Part shown: positions 1 through 7,525 of the stretch, in pieces
How positions within the stretch are numbered: position 1 is the stretch's first letter
Layout of the letters: every line of letters begins with the position of its first letter
Source: Abditibacteriaceae bacterium
GTDB taxonomy: Bacteria; Armatimonadota; Abditibacteriia; Abditibacteriales; Abditibacteriaceae
Assembly (NCBI GenBank): GCA_031425655.1
Contig: JANPJS010000219.1
Coordinates: 1-13,087, forward strand
Reading direction: 5' to 3'
DNA: 13,087 nucleotides
Program-made: the position numbers and the translations under genes
The notes under the pieces: model-generated
Database searches by the model: none
What the model saw: the letters and a program-made list of their open reading frames with translations, nothing else
What the model was told of the DNA's origin: nothing

Positions 1-1
1 A

Positions 2-55
2 AGATTCTTCGACTGCGTTACGCTCGTCCCTCGCTTCACTCCGCTCAGAATGACA
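2..55. repeat. Right arm of a REP/REPIN-like palindromic element (AGATTCTTCGACT...CCGCTCAGAATGACA type); left arm presumably upstream of the window
   Basis: Begins AGATTCTTCGAC and ends CTTCACTCCGCTCAGAATGACA, resembling the common intergenic TGTCATTCTGAGCG...GAAGAATCT // AGATTCTTC...CGCTCAGAATGACA palindromes (recognised from memory). Its 3' end (41-56) recurs at 2336-2351 with 15/16 identity. Confidence 0.7.
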
Positions 56-69
56 AGCTCATAAGCCCT

Positions 70-175
70 CAAAAATCCTCATGCGATTGCCCTGGCTACA
101 TCGTGCCTCATTTATATAAGCGTGGCGCCCAAGTGATATACTCGCGCCACTTTCCCCGCTGGTTAAGGAGCTATC
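70..175 (+). promoter_or_regulatory. Upstream leader of gene 1: motif shared with gene 2, hairpin and RBS
   Basis: AAAATCCTCATGCGATTGCCCTG (72-94) recurs at 2368-2390 with 1 mismatch; inverted repeat GTGGCGC (122-128)/GCGCCAC (144-150); AAGGAG at 165-170, 5 nt before ATG 176. Confidence 0.6.
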
Positions 176-2155
176 ATGCGCCGTTTACTTGTCTGTTGTG
201 TTCTGCTTTTCTGCGCGAATGCGCGCGCTGCGACGTTCATCGTTGATCGGCTGGACGATGCCAACGTTTCGACTTGCTCGGCTGCGGCTAACGATTGCAC
301 GTTGCGCGGCGCCATCAATGCCGCCAACACAGCGGCGGGCAATGATACCGTCACTTTCGGTGCGGCAGTGACGGGCATCCTTCAACTGACCGGCGTTTTG
401 CCCGATTTAAGCAGCAATATTGATTTTCAAGGGCCGGGCGCCACTGTGCTGACGGTGCGCGGCGAAGGCGCCGCCGACCCCTATCGAATCTTTGGGATCG
501 GCAACAACTTCATCGTCACCATTAGCGGCTTGACCCTCGCCAACGGAAGAGGCATCAACGTCGGAGGCGGCGCGATCCTCAACAATCACAGCGTTCTCAC
601 TCTTCGTAATTGCGTTTTGAACGGCAATGCGGGCGACGACGGCGGCGCCATTTACAGTGCGGCCTCAACAGGCTCCGGCAGCCTCAGCGTGATCGGCTGC
701 ACTTTCAACAACAACACAGGTGCTTTTAACGCCGGCGCGATTTACAACGACGGCTTTGACGGCAACGCGCCTCTGACGGTAACGAACTGCACATTTGCCG
801 GCAATAGCACGGGTGGAAATGGCGGCGCCATCTACTCCAACGGCGGCGGGGGCGGCGCCGCCCAGGTGATCATTACAGGCAGCACCTTCACGCAAAATAC
901 CGCGAACAACGGCGGCGGCATCGTGAATAGCGGCGGCGCCACGACGACGCTCACGGTGAGCAACTCGACGTTTAACTCCAATACCGCGACGAGCGGTAGC
1001 GGCGGCGGCATCCTTAACGGCGGCACCGTTAATCTAAGCAGCAGCACCCTTTCGGGCAATAGCGCCAGCGGATTTGGCGGCGGTATTTTCAGTGATGCCA
1101 ACGCCACGCTGAACGTGAGCAACAGCATCGTAGCCGGCAACACGGCAGGCACCGACGGCGCCGATATTTCGGGCAGCTTAGCTTCGGGCGATTACAACCT
1201 GGTGCAAAGCGTTTCAGGCGTTACCCTCACCGGCACGCAAAACATAACCGGCCAGCCTGCTCTCCTTGGCGCCTTATCCAACAACGGCGGGCCGACGCAA
1301 ACCCTTGCGCTTCTTGCGGGCAGTCCGGCCATTAATGCGGGCAATACTTCATTGACAAGCGATCAACGTGGCTTCAGCCGTCCGAGTGGCACCGCCGATG
1401 ATATCGGCGCCTTTGAAGCCGGCAGTGTGCCGTCGCTCAGAGTCAACAATCCACGTTCACTCAATGAAGGCAGCCAGTCTGCGCCCGGTTCCGTTACCTT
1501 CGATGTCACGCTCAGCGGCGCCAGCACGCAAAGCGTGACTGTCAAGTATCAAACGACCAACGGCATCAACAATCCGGCAATCGCGGGCAGCGATTACGTC
1601 ACCAAAAGCGGCAGGCTGACCTTTGCGCCGGGGGAAACTCTCAAGCGCGTGACCATCTCCTTCGTTGGCGACAGCGTGCCCGAACTGAACGAGACTTTCT
1701 TCTTTGACCTGAACACGCCGACCAATGCCACCATCGGCGATGGTCGCGGCGTGGGCGCGATAAACAACGACGATGGGCCGAGCATCACCATCGAAGATAA
1801 TGTGATTAACGAGGGGAACAGCGGCACGACGGCGCAGAGGTTCACCGTGCGCCTCAGCGCCGCTTCGACCACTACTATTACCGTAGATTGGACGACGGCC
1901 AACGGCACCGCTCTGGCAACCGCCGAAGCCTTCGATTATGTGGCTGCTTCGGGCACGCTCACTTTCGCGCCGGGCCAGACCAGCAAGATCATTACGATTC
2001 TCGTCAACGGCGACACCAAAGCCGAGCCGGACGAAACCTACAAAATGATCCTGAGCAAGCCGACTTACGCGGTTTTGGCCGACGCACGCGCCGTCGGCAC
2101 GATTCGCAACGACGACGCCATCGGCCTGCTCTTCGAGGACGAACCCAGCCAATGA
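176..2155 (+). CDS. Secreted CSLREA-like / Pmp-type beta-helix / choice-of-anchor Q protein with two C-terminal Calx-beta domains (putative surface adhesin), 659 aa
   Basis: Signal peptide MRRLLVCCVLLFCANARA|ATF; CTLRGAINAAN motif; repeated GGAI(Y) and FxxN motifs; choice-of-anchor Q signature LGALSNNGGPTQTLALLAGSPAINAG...DQRG...DIGAFE; two Calx-beta-like repeats at ~1430-2116 (EG...V.LS...V.(Y/W).T..G...DY...SG.LTFAPG.T.K...I.NDD); RBS and downstream terminator. Confidence 0.93.
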   Translation: MRRLLVCCVLLFCANARAATFIVDRLDDANVSTCSAAANDCTLRGAINAANTAAGNDTVTFGAAVTGILQLTGVLPDLSSNIDFQGPGATVLTVRGEGAADPYRIFGIGNNFIVTISGLTLANGRGINVGGGAILNNHSVLTLRNCVLNGNAGDDGGAIYSAASTGSGSLSVIGCTFNNNTGAFNAGAIYNDGFDGNAPLTVTNCTFAGNSTGGNGGAIYSNGGGGGAAQVIITGSTFTQNTANNGGGIVNSGGATTTLTVSNSTFNSNTATSGSGGGILNGGTVNLSSSTLSGNSASGFGGGIFSDANATLNVSNSIVAGNTAGTDGADISGSLASGDYNLVQSVSGVTLTGTQNITGQPALLGALSNNGGPTQTLALLAGSPAINAGNTSLTSDQRGFSRPSGTADDIGAFEAGSVPSLRVNNPRSLNEGSQSAPGSVTFDVTLSGASTQSVTVKYQTTNGINNPAIAGSDYVTKSGRLTFAPGETLKRVTISFVGDSVPELNETFFFDLNTPTNATIGDGRGVGAINNDDGPSITIEDNVINEGNSGTTAQRFTVRLSAASTTTITVDWTTANGTALATAEAFDYVAASGTLTFAPGQTSKIITILVNGDTKAEPDETYKMILSKPTYAVLADARAVGTIRNDDAIGLLFEDEPSQ

Positions 2156-2171
2156 TCGTTATATAAGGAAG

Positions 2172-2205
2172 CAAAACCCCGCGCCTCAATGGGCGCGGGG
2201 TTTTG
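2172..2205. terminator. Rho-independent terminator, probably bidirectional
   Basis: CAAAACCCCGCGCC (2172-2185) - TCAATG loop - GGCGCGGGGTTTTG (2192-2205), 16 nt after the gene 1 stop, with an A-run before and a T-run after the GC stem. Confidence 0.85.
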
Positions 2206-2316
2206 TCTGCGTATCCCTTGTTGACAGCGATTTTAATCGCTGCCAATGTCGGCAGTATCGAGTTGAGTTTCAACGGCAAAGGCAATCGCGTTGGAACGCG
2301 GCTTGGCAAGAACTTC

Positions 2317-2350
2317 TGTCATTCCCAGAGGGCGCCCGCTCGGAATGACA
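2317..2350. repeat. Short internally reduced copy of the TGTCATTC...GAATGACA REP-like element
   Basis: TGTCATTCC (2317-2325) / GGAATGACA (2342-2350) perfect inverted ends around a 16-nt core; the right end matches positions 41-56. Confidence 0.6.
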
Positions 2351-2366
2351 ACCTCGTTTGCTTCTC

Positions 2367-2509
2367 CAAAATCCTAATGCGATTGCCCTGCTTTCTCCGC
2401 GTGACAATCATTGAAATACTATGAGCCGCTTCTTGTTACACTGGGGGCAATTTACATGGCTCAATGTCACTTTCCTCGCTATCCGAGCCGCGTCGTATCA
2501 GGAGTTACC
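2367..2509 (+). promoter_or_regulatory. Upstream leader of gene 2, paralogous to the leader of gene 1; RBS
   Basis: AAAATCCTAATGCGATTGCCCTG (2368-2390); CACTTTCCTCGCT (2468-2480) vs CACTTTCCCCGCT (148-160); AGGAG at 2500-2504, 5 nt before ATG 2510. Confidence 0.6.
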
Positions 2510-5500
2510 ATGCGCCGACTGCTTCTCTGCCTCGTTCTCTTCTTTTGCGCGAATGCCCGCGCCGCGACTTTCACCGTTACTAATACCAGCGACGCCGCGA
2601 CTGATGGAATCTGCGATGCTTCCGGCGTCAATGATGGCTGCACCCTGCGCGAAGCCATCAGCGCCGCCAACGGCGCGGCGGGCGATGACGCTGTCACTTT
2701 TCAGAGCGGTTTAACCGGCACAATTCAATTGGCCGGCAGTCTGACATTGAACACTTCGATGAATGTCATCGGGCCTGTTGATCAGAGCGTCGCGGTGCGC
2801 GGCGGGGGCACGGGTGCTTTCAGCATCTTCATCGTGAACCTCGGCCCGACGGCACAGTTTTCTAACTTGACCTTCAGCAACGGCAACGTCGGCTTCGACA
2901 GCAACGGCACGTTGAACGTGAGCAATTGCACATTCAGCGGCAACGGCGGCGGCTTTTTGAACGATGGCACTGCGACTCTGAACAATTGCACATTCAGCGG
3001 CAACGGCAACGGCATTTTTAACCTCGGCACGGCGACTCTGAACAATTGCACCTTCAGCGGCAACAGCACCGGCGTTAATAACAGCGGCGGCATCGTGAAT
3101 CTCAGCAACAGCATTGTGGTGGGTAATGTCACCGATGTGAGCGGTTCACTAAGCACGGACAGCAATAATCTCAAAAATATGACGGCGGCGGCGGCGGGCC
3201 TCGACCCGGCGGGTCTCGCCGACAACGGCGGCCCGACTCAAACTTTCGCGCTTTTGCTGGACAGTCCGGCCATCAACGCCGGCGACACCACTTTGACGAC
3301 CGACCAGCGCGGCACGGCGCGTCCGCAGGGCAGCGCCGACGACATCGGCGCGTTTGAATTCGCCGTCGGCCAAACCGCCAGCTTGACTGTCAACATCCTC
3401 GGCGACGAAAACGACGGCGATCTAAGTTTCAACGACATCTCGCTGCGCGAAGCTATTCTCTTAGCCAACTTCGACGCCAACGCCACCACCATCACCTTCG
3501 ACACGACGGTTTTCGCCGCGCCGCGCAAGACAATTTCGCTCAATACCGCACTGAACGACCTGAGCGCGGATGTCACCATCACCGGCCCCGGCGCCAATTT
3601 GCTGACAGTCGAAGCTGCGACGCAAAGTGCGTTCTCCCTCTTCCGGGTGAACGTCGGAGTGAACGCCTTTTTCAGCGGCCTCACCGTCGCCAAAGGCTTT
3701 GTTGGCATTTATAACTTCGGGACGGTGACTATTACCAACTGCACCGCGGACGGCAATGATTACGGTTTCGATAACTTCACCGGCGGCATCCCGGCCAACC
3801 CCACGATGACCGTCACGGGTTGCACGGCGCGCGGTAACACCCAGACCGGCATTTACAGCGACGGCACAGCAATCATCACGAATACCACGGCGACCGGCAA
3901 CAACAACGGCATCTTTATCCCCGGCGGCACGGCGACCATCGCCAATTGCACTGTTAACAGTAACGGCTACGGCATCTACAATCCCGGCGCCGGCGCGACG
4001 ATCAAGAACACCATCGCCACCAACAACGTGGTCGGCGACGTGAGCGGCGGGGCCAGCGGCACCTTTGTCTCCGGCGGCTACAACTTCATCGGTGACGGCA
4101 CCACGGCCCCCGGCTTCGTCAACGGCGTCAACGGCGATCAGGTCGGCACCTCGGCCAATCCCATTAACGCGCTACTCGGCCCGCTCGCCGACAACGGCGG
4201 GCCAACGCAAACGATGGAACTGCTGACGGGCAGCCCGGCCATTGATGCGGGCAACTCTTCGCTTCCCACCGATCAACGCGGCTATGGCCGGCCCGTTGAC
4301 CTTGCAACAGCCAACGCAACCGGCGGCGACGGCTCCGACATCGGCGCTTATGAAGTGAACGAAACGGCTTCGAGTGGGCCGAACTTCGTGGTGAACAAAA
4401 CCGACGACCACGACGACGGCACTTGCGGCATCGCCGACTGCACTTTGCGCGAAGCTATCAATGCCGCCAACGCGAATGCCGACGACAGCAATATTACCTT
4501 CGCCCCGGCGGTGACCGGCACGCTTCAGTTGACCGAGGCTCTGCCCGAACTCAGCAGCAACATTGATTTGCAAGGGCCGGGCGCCGCCGTCATCACGGTG
4601 CGCGGCGAAGGCACCGCCGACCCGTATCGCATTTTGGTGGCGGGGCAGGGCCGAACCATTATTATCAGCGGTCTGACCATCGCTAATGGCTACGATGCGA
4701 ATGTGGGCGCCGGCATTTTGAACAACCATGCTCTTTTGACCGTGCGCAACTGCGTCATCACCGGCAACTCCGCCGGCAACGGCGGGGGCGGACTTTACAA
4801 CAACAGCGCCTTGACTGTTGAGAACTGCACTTTCAGTCAGAACACTGCGGCTTTCTATGGCGGCGCGTTTTACAACGACGGCTACACCGGCGACGCCAGA
4901 GCGACCCTCACCGGCTGCACCTTTGCCAAAAACACTACTGGTGCGGGCGGCGCTATCACCAACAGCGGCGGCGGCGACGGCACCACGCCCGGCTCCGCGA
5001 TGCTGACCGTGAGCGGCTGCACCTTTAACCAGAACTCGGTCACCGGCAGTGGCGGCGCCATTTATAGCAGCGGTTCGCAGGGCGCGGCGAGCATGAGCAT
5101 CGTGAACAGCACTTTTCGCGGCAACGATGCCAGTCAGGGCGGTGGGATTTTCAACGCCGGCGGCGGCGGTTTGGTCACCGCGACGGTTCGCAACTGCACT
5201 TTTTTCCGCAACAACGCCAACTTCGGCGGCAGCGCCATCTGGAGCAACGGGCAGTCCACTTCGACGGTGCAAATCAGCCACAACATCTTTCGCGTGGACG
5301 TGCGCGGCATCACCTTAGCCGATGAGGGCAACGGCACGCTGGTTTCGCAAGGCTACAACCTCGCCAGCGACGGCGCTGGTGACGATTCGGTTACTCCAGC
5401 CAACGAAAGCTACCTGACCGCGACCGGCGACCGCATCAACACCGATCCTCGTCTCGGCTCTTTCGCCGACAACGGAGGCCCAACGCAAACTTTTGCGCTC

Positions 5501-7309
5501 TTGTCGGACAGTCCGGCGCGCAATGCAGGCGACCCGGCTTTTAATGCGGCTTCCACGCCTTTCGATCAACGCGGCATCGGCTTTCCGCGCGTGCAGGGCG
5601 GCAGAATTGACATCGGCGCCATCGAGTCGCCCAGCCAAGCGCCCACGGGCATCGTGCTTTCCAACAGCAGCATCGCCGAGAATTCCGGGCCAAATGCTGT
5701 CATCGGCACTTTGAGCGCCGCCGACCCCGATGCCGGCGACACCTTCACGTATTCTCTGCCCATAAACCGGGGCAGTAATCTGCTTTTCAACATCGTTGCC
5801 GACACTTTGCAAGCCAAAGTCAACTTCGACTTCGAGAGGACGAACAGCTATGAAGTCTTGGTTCACGTCAGCGATGGCGGTGGCTTGAGCTTCGAGAAAA
5901 AATTCACCATCAACGTGACCGACACCAATGATGCGCCGGTTCTCAATAACAGCGGCACCGTGCAGATGACGGTCAGCGCACCGGGCACCAGCATCACCGC
6001 GCTGCTGGCTGGGGCTACGGGCACTTACACGGCGCCCATCAGCGATCAAGATGCCGGAGCCGTGCAGGGAATCGCGGTTTTCGCTGCCGACAGCACGCAG
6101 GGCGTGTGGCAATTCACCCTTGATGGCGGCGCGACTTGGAGCAGGTTGGGCGCGGTGCGCGGTGGCAAAGCGCGTCTTTTGGCTGCCGATGGCACCGCCA
6201 CGCGCCTGCGTTTTCTGCCCAGGATTGGCGCTCCGACGACTCTGCCCGATGCGCTGCGTTTCGTCGCATGGGATCGAAGCAACCCGCTCAGCGGTGCTGT
6301 CAACGGCGCTTTAGGCGATGCCAGCAGCGCCTTGCGCGGCGGCAAGAGCGCTTATAGCTTAGCCAGTGAAAGTGTGTCGGTTTTGGCGCCGGGCCAATCG
6401 GCGCCGCAACTGACTATCACCTCGCCCACAGCGGACACTTTGCCCACGGCTCCGATACAGGCAACAGGCACGGCGAGCAGCTCCAGCGGCATTGTAAAGG
6501 TGCGCTGGCTGGCTTTGTATCGCACCAAAGAAGGAGCCAACGGGCCGGGCTACTGGAACGGCAGCCTGACCAATCCGCAGTTCTTACCCGCTAATATGGT
6601 TTCGTCGCTGCCTGCTGTGCAAAGCAGCGACGGCTTTGCGACTTGGACACTGCCCTTGCCACAGAGCGCCGCTCAGACGCCGTTGCCGTTGTTGGTTCCG
6701 GGCCAATACCGCCTGCGCATGGAAGCCCTCGATGCTTACGGCCAGACCACGATGCAGTCGGTGACCTTCATTATCAACGACGGCACGCCGCAGGTCGCCA
6801 TCACCTCGCCTCAAGCGGGCGGAAGCTACACCAGCGGAAGCGGAGCGAACAGCTTGAACGAAGTGACGGGCACAGCCGGCGACGCCGACGGCATCGCCAG
6901 AGTGACCGTTTATCTTTATCGAGAGGCCACGTCGGGCAACACGGCGGGCTATTGGAACGGCGATGTGAACAACCCGCAGTTTTCGCCGGATTACGACGCC
7001 TCGATCAACGAAGTGGCGGTTGTCAGCACGGCCACGACGGGCGCGCCCTTCTCAACGTGGAGTTTGGAGTTGCCGGATTTGACGGTCGGCAACTACTCGC
7101 TGCGCGCCACCGCCCGCGACAGCTTGGGCAACTTCAGCGGAGCCAGCGCCGGTGTCACCACCACGGTTATGACGGGTGGTGCGCTGTCGAATGTGTTCCC
7201 CGGTGCCTCGCTCGCTCCCACGGACAACGTGCTGAAGTTCACCATCACCGCCGCGCAAGCGGCGCCGAGGGCAGGGCCGGATGCCGAGGATGATAGCCCA
7301 TCCAGTTGA
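2510..7309 (+). CDS. Large secreted protein with three CSLREA/beta-helix/choice-of-anchor Q cassettes, a cadherin-like domain, a WQFTLDGG-type domain and two Ig-like repeats, 1599 aa
   Basis: Start moved from 2411 to ATG 2510 because of the AGGAG RBS and a signal peptide (MRRLLLCLVLFFCANARA|ATF) nearly identical to that of gene 1. Motifs CTLREA, ISLREA, CTLREA; three DNGGPTQT...SPA...DQRG...DIGA(F/Y/I)E blocks; cadherin-like 5639-5938 (APTGIVLSNSSIAEN...DPDAGDTFTYSL...DFE...NDAP); two ITSP...GTA...LYR...GYWNG...TW.L.LP...G.Y.LR..A.D..G repeats at ~6401-7140. Confidence 0.93.
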   Translation: MRRLLLCLVLFFCANARAATFTVTNTSDAATDGICDASGVNDGCTLREAISAANGAAGDDAVTFQSGLTGTIQLAGSLTLNTSMNVIGPVDQSVAVRGGGTGAFSIFIVNLGPTAQFSNLTFSNGNVGFDSNGTLNVSNCTFSGNGGGFLNDGTATLNNCTFSGNGNGIFNLGTATLNNCTFSGNSTGVNNSGGIVNLSNSIVVGNVTDVSGSLSTDSNNLKNMTAAAAGLDPAGLADNGGPTQTFALLLDSPAINAGDTTLTTDQRGTARPQGSADDIGAFEFAVGQTASLTVNILGDENDGDLSFNDISLREAILLANFDANATTITFDTTVFAAPRKTISLNTALNDLSADVTITGPGANLLTVEAATQSAFSLFRVNVGVNAFFSGLTVAKGFVGIYNFGTVTITNCTADGNDYGFDNFTGGIPANPTMTVTGCTARGNTQTGIYSDGTAIITNTTATGNNNGIFIPGGTATIANCTVNSNGYGIYNPGAGATIKNTIATNNVVGDVSGGASGTFVSGGYNFIGDGTTAPGFVNGVNGDQVGTSANPINALLGPLADNGGPTQTMELLTGSPAIDAGNSSLPTDQRGYGRPVDLATANATGGDGSDIGAYEVNETASSGPNFVVNKTDDHDDGTCGIADCTLREAINAANANADDSNITFAPAVTGTLQLTEALPELSSNIDLQGPGAAVITVRGEGTADPYRILVAGQGRTIIISGLTIANGYDANVGAGILNNHALLTVRNCVITGNSAGNGGGGLYNNSALTVENCTFSQNTAAFYGGAFYNDGYTGDARATLTGCTFAKNTTGAGGAITNSGGGDGTTPGSAMLTVSGCTFNQNSVTGSGGAIYSSGSQGAASMSIVNSTFRGNDASQGGGIFNAGGGGLVTATVRNCTFFRNNANFGGSAIWSNGQSTSTVQISHNIFRVDVRGITLADEGNGTLVSQGYNLASDGAGDDSVTPANESYLTATGDRINTDPRLGSFADNGGPTQTFALLSDSPARNAGDPAFNAASTPFDQRGIGFPRVQGGRIDIGAIESPSQAPTGIVLSNSSIAENSGPNAVIGTLSAADPDAGDTFTYSLPINRGSNLLFNIVADTLQAKVNFDFERTNSYEVLVHVSDGGGLSFEKKFTINVTDTNDAPVLNNSGTVQMTVSAPGTSITALLAGATGTYTAPISDQDAGAVQGIAVFAADSTQGVWQFTLDGGATWSRLGAVRGGKARLLAADGTATRLRFLPRIGAPTTLPDALRFVAWDRSNPLSGAVNGALGDASSALRGGKSAYSLASESVSVLAPGQSAPQLTITSPTADTLPTAPIQATGTASSSSGIVKVRWLALYRTKEGANGPGYWNGSLTNPQFLPANMVSSLPAVQSSDGFATWTLPLPQSAAQTPLPLLVPGQYRLRMEALDAYGQTTMQSVTFIINDGTPQVAITSPQAGGSYTSGSGANSLNEVTGTAGDADGIARVTVYLYREATSGNTAGYWNGDVNNPQFSPDYDASINEVAVVSTATTGAPFSTWSLELPDLTVGNYSLRATARDSLGNFSGASAGVTTTVMTGGALSNVFPGASLAPTDNVLKFTITAAQAAPRAGPDAEDDSPSS
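2906..3064 (+). repeat. In-frame 60-nt tandem repeat (3 copies of the core) encoding 20-aa beta-helix rungs
   Basis: CAATTGCAC(A/C)TTCAGCGGCAAC recurs at exact 60-nt spacing (ending 2944, 3004, 3064); peptides GTLNVSNCTFSGN / GTATLNNCTFSGN / GTATLNNCTFSGN. Confidence 0.85.
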
Positions 7310-7359
7310 ACGGTGGCATCGCCACGCTGACAGCCGAGTAAAGCGATGCGCAAGACGGC

Positions 7360-7393
7360 AAAGCCCCGCGTCCAATTGGACGCGGGGCTTTTT
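7360..7393. terminator. Rho-independent terminator between the convergent genes 2 and 3
   Basis: Perfect palindrome AAAGCCCCGCGTCCAATTGGACGCGGGGCTTT (7360-7391) followed by TT, about 50 nt after the gene 2 stop. Confidence 0.88.
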
Positions 7394-7408
7394 GGTGCTG
7401 GGAACGAG

Positions 7409-7511
7409 GCCCCCACCCAGCCTCCCCCGGAGGGGGAGGAGCGCGCTCCTCAGGGCATTATGCTTTGAGAAAACCTAACTCCTCCCCCTCCGGGGGAGGC
7501 TGGGTGGGGGC
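7409..7511. repeat. REPIN/MITE-like element: perfect 33-bp inverted repeats around a 37-bp spacer
   Basis: GCCCCCACCCAGCCTCCCCCGGAGGGGGAGGAG (7409-7441) is the exact reverse complement of 7479-7511; each arm contains its own hairpin CCTCCCCC-nnn-GGGGGAGG. Confidence 0.85.
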
Positions 7512-7525
7512 TTCCCTCCCGCCAT

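Noticed and set aside
2221..2250. Sigma70 promoter from TTGACA at 2221-2226
   Set aside because: No acceptable -10 hexamer at 16-18 nt spacing.
2411..2509. Longer N-terminus of gene 2 from the ORF track
   Set aside because: TTG start without an RBS; ATG 2510 has AGGAG and a signal peptide paralogous to that of gene 1.
4172..6112. Long antisense ORFs (369 aa, 265 aa) and similar ones opposite genes 1 and 2
   Set aside because: Shadow ORFs caused by GC-rich codon bias; they fully overlap well-supported + strand genes and show no recognisable domains.
176..7309. Autotransporter (Pmp) call for genes 1 and 2
   Set aside because: GGAI/FxxN passenger-like repeats are present, but there is no C-terminal beta-barrel or terminal aromatic residue.
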